DNA of 50,888 nt, from IMG/VR virus record IMGVR_UViG_3300022693_004335, positions 1 to 50,888 of that record. One strand, 5' to 3'. The notes under the pieces were generated by a model. It saw nothing but the letters and a program-made list of their open reading frames with translations. It was not told the DNA's origin and did not search any database. A program made the position numbers and the translations under genes. Within the stretch, counting starts at the first letter, position 1. The number at the start of each line of letters is the position of its first letter. This stretch comes from a virus (Duplodnaviria; Caudoviricetes). Positions 44,756-50,888 of this stretch are shown piece after piece.

Positions 44756-45172
44756 TTAATTATTTGATTGATAAATATTACCGACTACCTTGAATCGGAA
44801 GTCTCGTAGTTCCTTGTAAAGAAATTCTCCAGAGCCTTTGTCTTGTTTAAATGAATGGTCTAGCATCCAAGCTCCTTTTCTATCACACCAGTACACTTGC
44901 TGTTTGGTTTCTTCAAGCTTTACTCCTTCTTCTAGTTCTACATCTAAATCAATTAGCTGATCACCTTCATAAATTGGTTTTCCTTCTGTATCTGGGAATG
45001 GTGTTTTTTCGGATATTGTATTTTCGATAACTGAATGACAAGTATTTGTTTTTGTCGAATCAGTTGTTTGAATACATTTTCCTCCAAGAACATTCAGTAC
45101 CAGTAATCCGTGAACAAAATTGCAATTGCTGATATCATCTTTTAATGCGCGGTATTCAATCTCTCTACTCAT
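44756..45172 (-). CDS. YopX-family protein
   Basis: MSREIEYRA, D.EGKPIYEGD and VVGNIY motifs. Confidence 0.8.
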   Translation of the reverse strand: MSREIEYRALKDDISNCNFVHGLLVLNVLGGKCIQTTDSTKTNTCHSVIENTISEKTPFPDTEGKPIYEGDQLIDLDVELEEGVKLEETKQQVYWCDRKGAWMLDHSFKQDKGSGEFLYKELRDFRFKVVGNIYQSNN

Positions 45173-45420
45173 ATCTCACGTGCTTTAAGCATTGCGTCTG
45201 CTACATCAAATGAATCTTGACACAATCCTGATATAACACGATTTCTTTCACCTCCAGGACCGGGTAGAAATCCAATGTTATCACGGTTAGATAATAATGC
45301 CTGCATAGCCTTAGCAGCGAAATAGTCTCTAAGTGTCATACCCTGATATTTCATTTCCATATCTTTTGTAGCAGGAAATGCCTGTGGATTCTTCGGTTTT
45401 TGATCTTCTGTATTCTCCAT
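45169..45420 (-). CDS. Hypothetical phage protein
   Basis: AFP...GMTLRDYFAAKAMQ...ADAMLKAR, a common phage protein pattern. Confidence 0.75.
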   Translation of the reverse strand: MENTEDQKPKNPQAFPATKDMEMKYQGMTLRDYFAAKAMQALLSNRDNIGFLPGPGGERNRVISGLCQDSFDVADAMLKAREI

Positions 45421-45422
45421 TT

Positions 45423-45893
45423 TTAATAAGTTGCTTTTAGTTCTTTATCTGGTAGCGGGATCTCGTATTGAAACATTTCATAAGCAAGATCCCGGGATGC
45501 TTTATGATATTGCTCCTGGTCCCAAGTGTCGTTTGAAGTGGTGGACTTCTGTTTTACTATGGGCCTTCCGTTAATTGGATTGAAAATAAGTTCGCCGGTT
45601 TCCTCGTTTACCTTTTCTTCAAAGCTTAGATTCTGTTTAAGAAACTCGTGCACTTGGTCTTTAGTCAAAACTTCCCCCCATTCAGTTCTTAAAAGGTTTT
45701 TCCAGTGCTCGACAATCACACCGAAATAGTACGCGTTCTGATCATTGCTTCGTTTTTTATAGAAGCGTTTAATCGTGAGTGTTACCTCTTTACCCTCATA
45801 TTGAGCAATAGCATCAACAATAACATCACGGTTGCGTGTAAACTTGCCGTTGTGTATTTCTGATCGTATGTCAATTTTTTTAGGCAATGGCAT
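45423..45893 (-). CDS. NinB/Orf-like recombination accessory protein
   Basis: RS.DQNAYY, VHEFLK, KSTT and IPLP motifs. Confidence 0.6.
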   Translation of the reverse strand: MPLPKKIDIRSEIHNGKFTRNRDVIVDAIAQYEGKEVTLTIKRFYKKRSNDQNAYYFGVIVEHWKNLLRTEWGEVLTKDQVHEFLKQNLSFEEKVNEETGELIFNPINGRPIVKQKSTTSNDTWDQEQYHKASRDLAYEMFQYEIPLPDKELKATY

Positions 45894-46590
45894 CTAACTC
45901 CTTAATTTTATCATTACGATATCTAATACCTTGACGAAGTCTGCGCTTCAAATCTTCGATCGCCTTTTCGTCACGTTCGATCTTAACAATATGCATACGG
46001 TGCTCCGGCTTTTTGAATCTTGGGTCATAGGAAACCCAGTACCAGAAATCAGCACCAGTCACATACATACTCCCCACAACCTGCCAGAAGTAATTTGAGC
46101 AATGCTTCTCAAGATCTGCTGCATTCTTTACGTTTGTCAAATAGAAGAAATGGGTTTTGCTGTTGGGTGCCTTTCCTTCATATCCTCCATTGGTTCCTAT
46201 TCTTCCGTCTGGCGTGCAGCCGACATCATCGCCTAACTCAACAAACTCCTGATCGTTTCCGTATTTCTCAACAGTAAGGCCAGTGACTTCCATAAAATAT
46301 TCTACTGCTTCTACCTCATGAGCATTTCCGTGCTCCATAGCTGCATTACTGAAATAATCACTTTCGGTTGTTAATGCTTCCACCGCTTTTTCCATCGCAT
46401 AGGTTTCAGCTCCTTTAGGAAAATCAGCTTTAGATCTATAACCCATTAACCGATGAAACTCGGAAGCTGTAAATCGACCTCTTCTTTTTTGAAGCCATTG
46501 CTGGGTTTTACTTTCAAGAGAATCTAAGGCCTCGAAATCGAGACCTTTTGATTCTGTTGCTATCTGCTCTGCAATCTCTAGAAAATCCAT
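45880..46590 (-). CDS. YqaJ / lambda-exonuclease-family nuclease
   Basis: WLQKRRGRFTASE, AMEHG...E..A, GCTPDG, EGKAP, and YFWQV motifs. Confidence 0.9.
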   Translation of the reverse strand: MDFLEIAEQIATESKGLDFEALDSLESKTQQWLQKRRGRFTASEFHRLMGYRSKADFPKGAETYAMEKAVEALTTESDYFSNAAMEHGNAHEVEAVEYFMEVTGLTVEKYGNDQEFVELGDDVGCTPDGRIGTNGGYEGKAPNSKTHFFYLTNVKNAADLEKHCSNYFWQVVGSMYVTGADFWYWVSYDPRFKKPEHRMHIVKIERDEKAIEDLKRRLRQGIRYRNDKIKELDAIA

Positions 46591-46985
46591 TATCCTAGTT
46601 TTTCTACATCAAATAGCATGGTGCTACCGTCAGTTGATTTATTTTGTTTTTTCCCTTGATAGGTAATTTGAACTGGTGTCTTAGGATTTAGATTTTTGAC
46701 TGCCTCAACTAGGGTCATTTGACCACTTAAGAAGCATTCTTTTTCACTCACGAAAACACCACACTTTACCAGCTCACCATCTTCACTTGGCACTTCTTTT
46801 AAGCCCATAAAAAAGGCACGTAAAGCTTGACCTTTGAGAGCGGCCCAATCATCTGCAGACTTGTATTTAAGATTAAGGCTGAACTGTGGCTCTAGGCTGT
46901 TAAGCTTGCCTAAACTTTCTGTGTCCGGAATAAGGAATGCTACCTCTGTTCCTGCTGCTTTTTTAACTTCTGATTCTGTTGACAT
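46590..46985 (-). CDS. Hypothetical protein, possible ssDNA-binding or annealing partner
   Basis: Directly upstream of the exonuclease; OB-like VQITYQGKK...FDV ending. Confidence 0.5.
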   Translation of the reverse strand: MSTESEVKKAAGTEVAFLIPDTESLGKLNSLEPQFSLNLKYKSADDWAALKGQALRAFFMGLKEVPSEDGELVKCGVFVSEKECFLSGQMTLVEAVKNLNPKTPVQITYQGKKQNKSTDGSTMLFDVEKLG

Positions 46986-47007
46986 TGTTTTAATATTAAA
47001 TGGTTAA

Positions 47008-47202
47008 TTATCTAGGCACCGCGATTCCTGCGAGCACCGTTTTTTTATTTTCAATTTTGAAAGCATCATAGCAATAGCTTCTGATCTGCTTTGCGAACTT
47101 CTCCGCCTTCTGACGGTAGTCTGGATCTGTTACTGGGAATAGAAGTGTTTTGCCTTCTTCCATTCGCTTATCGATAGTTACGTTGGCTGCTGTGAAGTAC
47201 AT
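47008..47202 (-). CDS. Hypothetical protein
   Basis: 64 aa, coupled to the upstream stop codon. Confidence 0.6.
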   Translation of the reverse strand: MYFTAANVTIDKRMEEGKTLLFPVTDPDYRQKAEKFAKQIRSYCYDAFKIENKKTVLAGIAVPR

Positions 47203-48326
47203 TACTTGAGGTTTTTTACTCTGTTCCTAGAATCATTTACAAAGGCCTCGAAATTTTGAATTATCAAGTGAACTGTAGGGTGCGCTTCATCTAATGGCGA
47301 ATCTGATATATTAAATGAATCTACCCAACCGTTAAGTTTTTCTCTAATTGGCTTCAACTCTTCCAATCGTTTTGCCTCAGCTTTTGCACGTTCTTTGGCT
47401 TCCTGTTCTGCCTTCTCAGCAGCAGCTTTTTCTTCAGCGGCTTTTCGTTCTGCTTCAATCTTAGCTACACGTTCAGCTTCGGCATCTGCAATACGCTTCT
47501 TTTCAACTTCAAGTTCTTCGCGTTCCTTCCGCAATTTTTCTTCTGCGGCCTCTCTCTCAGCTTTAGCTTTAGCTTCTTCCGCTTCTCGGGCCTCACGCTC
47601 TTTAGCTTCCTGTTCTGCTTTTGCTTTTGCTTCTTTTTCAGCCTGTGCACGAGCTTCAGCCTGTTGTTTTTCAAACGCTGCACGTTCTTCAGCAAGGCGT
47701 TCACGTTCAACACGAGCTTCTTCCTGCTCAGTTATGAATGCTACACGTTCGTCAAGTTGCTTTTCAAGAAGATTTTTCTTCTCAGCAAAATCCATTTCAA
47801 ATTCTTCCAGTTCCTTTTCTGAAAACTCTTGCGCTTGGGTCTCAAAAGCGGTTCCTACATCTCCTCGCTGATCGAAAGTCATTTGAGATATTTTCTGCTT
47901 CCAACTCTGATAAAAGGCATCAATACCACTCAATATTTTATCCTTCCGCTCCTGCTCTATACGCTCCTTCTCTGCTTTTTCGGCTTCTTTAATCGCCTCA
48001 TATCGGCGAACTTCATCCTGCTGTTTTTCTTCGTGAGGGAGTGTTATATCAATAAGCTCTTGTGAAGCTTCAGAAACCTTGGTTCTGAATGCCTTTAATT
48101 TTGATGCTATGGTTTTTTCTTGCTTTTGTACATCTGTACGTGCTGTTACCAAAGCGGTACGGGCTTTTTTAGCTTCCTCGTAGGTTGAGTTATCCTTGAT
48201 TGCTACATAAGGATTGTCATTTACAATTGCCAATTGCTTTTCTCTCCATCCTTGTAATTCCGGTAGAAGATTTGCTTCTAAATTGTCAAGATCGATTACT
48301 TGAACTTCTGCTACTGCTGTACTCAT
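47202..48326 (-). CDS. Long coiled-coil protein
   Basis: 374 aa, rich in E/K/A/R, upstream of the recombination genes. Confidence 0.75.
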   Translation of the reverse strand: MSTAVAEVQVIDLDNLEANLLPELQGWREKQLAIVNDNPYVAIKDNSTYEEAKKARTALVTARTDVQKQEKTIASKLKAFRTKVSEASQELIDITLPHEEKQQDEVRRYEAIKEAEKAEKERIEQERKDKILSGIDAFYQSWKQKISQMTFDQRGDVGTAFETQAQEFSEKELEEFEMDFAEKKNLLEKQLDERVAFITEQEEARVERERLAEERAAFEKQQAEARAQAEKEAKAKAEQEAKEREAREAEEAKAKAEREAAEEKLRKEREELEVEKKRIADAEAERVAKIEAERKAAEEKAAAEKAEQEAKERAKAEAKRLEELKPIREKLNGWVDSFNISDSPLDEAHPTVHLIIQNFEAFVNDSRNRVKNLK

Positions 48327-48327
48327 T

Positions 48328-48675
48328 TTAAAATTGATTTTGGTTAAAAAACATTGATTCTGATACTCCGAACTCTGTATAAGGATCGCAGTATTCTAAT
48401 TCGGGTTGATCTTCTTGCACTTCAAGTTTTTCAACCGTTTCATTCATTAATCGCTGTAAGGCCAGTCGTTGCTCTTGGGAAGGCTCCATCTGTTTCCAGC
48501 TGCTGCCGTAATTGTGACCGAAATCTTCTATGGTAACATTGTGACCGGTTACCATTTCTGCATAGAAGCTCATTTCGTATTGATTCAGTTTAGCGGTGAA
48601 GCCAACTGTTTCGAGATCTTTACCAGTGTCAAGCTTTGCTTTAGCTAGTAGGTTATTGAATATCGAATCCTTCAT
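48328..48675 (-). CDS. Hypothetical protein
   Basis: 115 aa ending DPYTEFGVSESMF. Confidence 0.65.
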   Translation of the reverse strand: MKDSIFNNLLAKAKLDTGKDLETVGFTAKLNQYEMSFYAEMVTGHNVTIEDFGHNYGSSWKQMEPSQEQRLALQRLMNETVEKLEVQEDQPELEYCDPYTEFGVSESMFFNQNQF

Positions 48676-48815
48676 AGTTGAAAGAATAAGTAGACTGCGA
48701 ACAGAAAAACCGCGAACGAGAAACCCATAATTACACCAAGTTGTTTACCGGCTGATTCTCCTAGGTTGTAGCTGTCTTCACTAAAGTCTTTTGGATCAAT
48801 TTTAGGCTTGTTCAT
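48672..48815 (-). CDS. 47-aa membrane microprotein (not in ORF track)
   Basis: MNKPKIDPKDFSEDSYNLGESAGKQLGVIMGFSFAVFLFAVYLFFQL; ATGA-coupled to the next gene. Confidence 0.55.
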   Translation of the reverse strand: MNKPKIDPKDFSEDSYNLGESAGKQLGVIMGFSFAVFLFAVYLFFQL

Positions 48816-48993
48816 TTGTTTGGATTTTCAACTCTAAAAAGAGTTCGTTCATAAATTGCTGCTCGATTAGGCTAGATTCTTGAAAGCGCTTGCCGTTAAC
48901 CAGCCATCTTCCGTTTTCCTTTTTTGCTTCTAACTTGAGCCCTTGAAAGTTTTTTGAATTGCTCACAGTAGTAAGCTGCGCGTTGTTGCTCAT
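48802..48993 (-). CDS. Hypothetical protein
   Basis: 63 aa with GRWLVNGK; overlaps the 48896-49090 ORF. Confidence 0.55.
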   Translation of the reverse strand: MSNNAQLTTVSNSKNFQGLKLEAKKENGRWLVNGKRFQESSLIEQQFMNELFLELKIQTNEQA

Positions 48994-49090
48994 AAGACAT
49001 TGTTTTTGGAGTATCTGCTTTCTCAGCCAGTAGAGCCTTTAGGTCTTCAACAGACAAATGGTCCTTTGCTATTTGCAGATACGGGTTCAC
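48896..49090 (-). CDS. Hypothetical protein
   Basis: 64 aa, GTG start coupled to the upstream stop; the overlap makes it uncertain. Confidence 0.4.
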   Translation of the reverse strand: MNPYLQIAKDHLSVEDLKALLAEKADTPKTMSYEQQRAAYYCEQFKKLSRAQVRSKKGKRKMAG

Positions 49091-49701
49091 TAGGCTAATA
49101 ATTGAGATTTGTAAGAAGCTGAAACCAGACTTAATTTGCAGTCGGTTCCGGTCTTGGTAAATAGGTTCTTTTTGTGATGGTTTAGAGTTATAACAGTGAT
49201 GTTTAAAGCATCAGCTATTTCATAATCAGTGCATCCTCTTGCCGACATATCTATGATCAGAAGATCTCTGCTGTTGAGTTCGGCACCGTTAATTCGTAGA
49301 CTTTTATTTGCAAAAGCTAGAGAAGGGCAATTCTCAATGTGGCGGAAGTTTTCTGAAGGCTGAAGCTCTCCGTTTTTGATATCTGGTTGATGGTCCAATC
49401 CGCCCCACATATAGTATGTGTACAATTCAACTTTTCGTGTAGTGCTTAATTTTACACCTTCCTCTTTTTCAAGTATTCTGAAGAAGTTCTGAGCCGGCTT
49501 ATCTTTGTAAAACTCATTAAGAATTAAAGCAAAATATGAGGCTTGCAGTTTTTTAAAAGGAAAGCATTTACCTCCCTGAAAAAATCTGACTGTCATATCT
49601 TTTTTGATCCCGACGAATTCTAAGTCTACTGGGTTCTTAAGATCTAACCCTGCAATAACCGCTTGTGGTAAGTTTCCGGTTGTAGTACTTTTGTGGTGCA
49701 T
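49090..49701 (-). CDS. LuxR-type HTH transcriptional regulator
   Basis: C-terminal LNSRD...G.TD.EIADALNITVITLNHHKKNLFTK. Confidence 0.8.
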   Translation of the reverse strand: MHHKSTTTGNLPQAVIAGLDLKNPVDLEFVGIKKDMTVRFFQGGKCFPFKKLQASYFALILNEFYKDKPAQNFFRILEKEEGVKLSTTRKVELYTYYMWGGLDHQPDIKNGELQPSENFRHIENCPSLAFANKSLRINGAELNSRDLLIIDMSARGCTDYEIADALNITVITLNHHKKNLFTKTGTDCKLSLVSASYKSQLLA

Positions 49702-49743
49702 AACTTGAAATTTTAATTGTGAATAATTGAGATTTATGTGTTG

Positions 49744-49773
49744 GCCTTGTAGTTACAGCTACAGGGCTTTTTT
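49744..49773 (+). terminator. Intrinsic terminator oriented antisense to the early operon
   Basis: GCCTTGTAG-TTACAG-CTACAGGGC-TTTTTT on plus. Confidence 0.6.
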
Positions 49774-50041
49774 ATGCGACTTGTAGCTTTTTAGCTAATT
49801 CAGCTTTTCTTTTTTCGCGCTTTTCATTTTCTTGGCGATAATGGTCCACACAATCAACTATGATGTCTTCAATTTTTGGCATATTTCTGTCACCATTTAG
49901 AACTTTAGAGAATGTATGTACCGTGTAATACTCACCTTTGCGATTTTTCAATTCTCTCTCTTGAGCGAAATCTGCTAACTTTTGAAGGAAACCGTGCCCT
50001 AGGGTCTCGGTAAATAAATTTTTTGTCTGAGGGTCTATCAT
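49772..50041 (-). CDS. Cro-like regulator candidate
   Basis: First leftward gene, divergent from the repressor; YTVHTFSKVLNG helix. Confidence 0.5.
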   Translation of the reverse strand: MIDPQTKNLFTETLGHGFLQKLADFAQERELKNRKGEYYTVHTFSKVLNGDRNMPKIEDIIVDCVDHYRQENEKREKRKAELAKKLQVA

Positions 50042-50076
50042 AGCTATCTATTAATGCTTAAGACTAATATTTAAAG

Positions 50077-50119
50077 TATATTTGTCTCGTTGTGTTGTTT
50101 GTTTTGTCTAGCAAATATA
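50077..50119. promoter_or_regulatory. Face-to-face TATATTTG promoters of the lysis-lysogeny switch
   Basis: TATATTTG on plus at 50077-50084 and on minus at 50112-50119. Confidence 0.55.
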
Positions 50120-50168
50120 CAAACAATTCAAACTTATCAAACTATACAAATGTTAAAATTTGGAATAG

Positions 50169-50888
50169 TTGTTTAATTTTCCAAAAATACCAATTTTGAC
50201 AAGGCTGGATTTAATATTAAAAGAGAAGAAGCTTAAGAAGTTATCTTGGGATAAGCTCGCTGAAAACCTTCCTGTTACCGGGGAAGCTTTAAGAATAGCA
50301 TTTAAAAGAGGTAGCGTAGACGATGTTTACCTAAGTGCTATTGAAGCCGCTTTGAATATTTCAAAAGATGTTGATTCAAACAAAAAATCAAACATTTCAA
50401 ATGATCTATTAAATACCAACGGAAACAAATTCACAGAAAAACCAGACGGTAGCTTTGACATTGAAGTAAGTCTAATACCATTTGAAGCTTACGCCAGTTA
50501 CCTAGTTAGTGTAGAAGAAGCTACGGTTCATCAGGATTTTGAAAGAGTTGTTTTCAATGTGGATAGATATGGCCGCGGACATTACCAAGCATTCAAGATC
50601 AACGGTAATAGTATGAACGGGGGTAGTATTAATGACGTGCCAGATGGTGCCCTTGTATTAGGCAGGGAACTTGGCCGTCATTTATGGAAAGATGGATTTA
50701 GACCGGCAGATCATGGCTTTGTGATTCTTTCAAAAGAAAATATTTTTCATAAGGACATAATTGACTTTGATACCGAAACTGGAGATATAACATGTCAAAG
50801 TCGCAACAAAAGTCCTGAGTACACTGATTTTAAATTAAACTTAAACGACGTTTACCAAATATTTAGAGTAATAAAAAGACAGATGTAA
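50169..50888 (+). CDS. CI-like prophage repressor (HTH plus S24-like domain)
   Basis: N-terminal helical DNA-binding region; C-terminal AFKINGNSM (Ser) and IFHK (Lys); divergent from the early operon. Start uncertain. Confidence 0.8.
   Translation: MFNFPKIPILTRLDLILKEKKLKKLSWDKLAENLPVTGEALRIAFKRGSVDDVYLSAIEAALNISKDVDSNKKSNISNDLLNTNGNKFTEKPDGSFDIEVSLIPFEAYASYLVSVEEATVHQDFERVVFNVDRYGRGHYQAFKINGNSMNGGSINDVPDGALVLGRELGRHLWKDGFRPADHGFVILSKENIFHKDIIDFDTETGDITCQSRNKSPEYTDFKLNLNDVYQIFRVIKRQM

Noticed and set aside
47395-48065. Several overlapping ORFs and apparent tandem repeats
   Set aside because: Shadows of the low-complexity E/K/A coiled-coil gene on the minus strand.

Overview
The window is most of a temperate siphovirus-type prophage or phage of a Bacteroidota host, probably Flavobacteriaceae, judging from the AT-rich sequence, TAnnTTTG-type promoters and a GGA-N5-TCC SOS box. 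From right to left on the minus strand it carries: a CI/Cro-like switch (49.8-50.9 kb), early recombination and replication genes with two DNA methyltransferases (37.4-49.7 kb), a tRNA-Met, terminase, portal and minor head genes (29-35 kb), a roughly 6 kb accessory island (22.8-28.8 kb), capsid, neck and tail genes (7.2-22.7 kb), lysis genes (5.3-7.2 kb), and left-end cargo (SRAP, umuDC, AbiH and a two-gene HTH operon). No integrase or att site is visible. The most unusual element is a 1.8 kb array (23.28-25.07 kb) of five attC-like palindromic sites without an integrase. Cargo lies between the sites and also inside their loops: small ORFs, a tRNA-like RNA and a structured RNA, each flanked by its own inverted repeat. 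The phage also has three tRNA-like elements with intact acceptor, D and T arms but a remodelled anticodon arm, an initiator tRNA with C33, a predicted -1 frameshift in the tail chaperone, a frameshifted DnaA-domain-IV-like gene, and several microproteins missing from the ORF track. All product calls come from reading motifs and gene order; no database searches were run.
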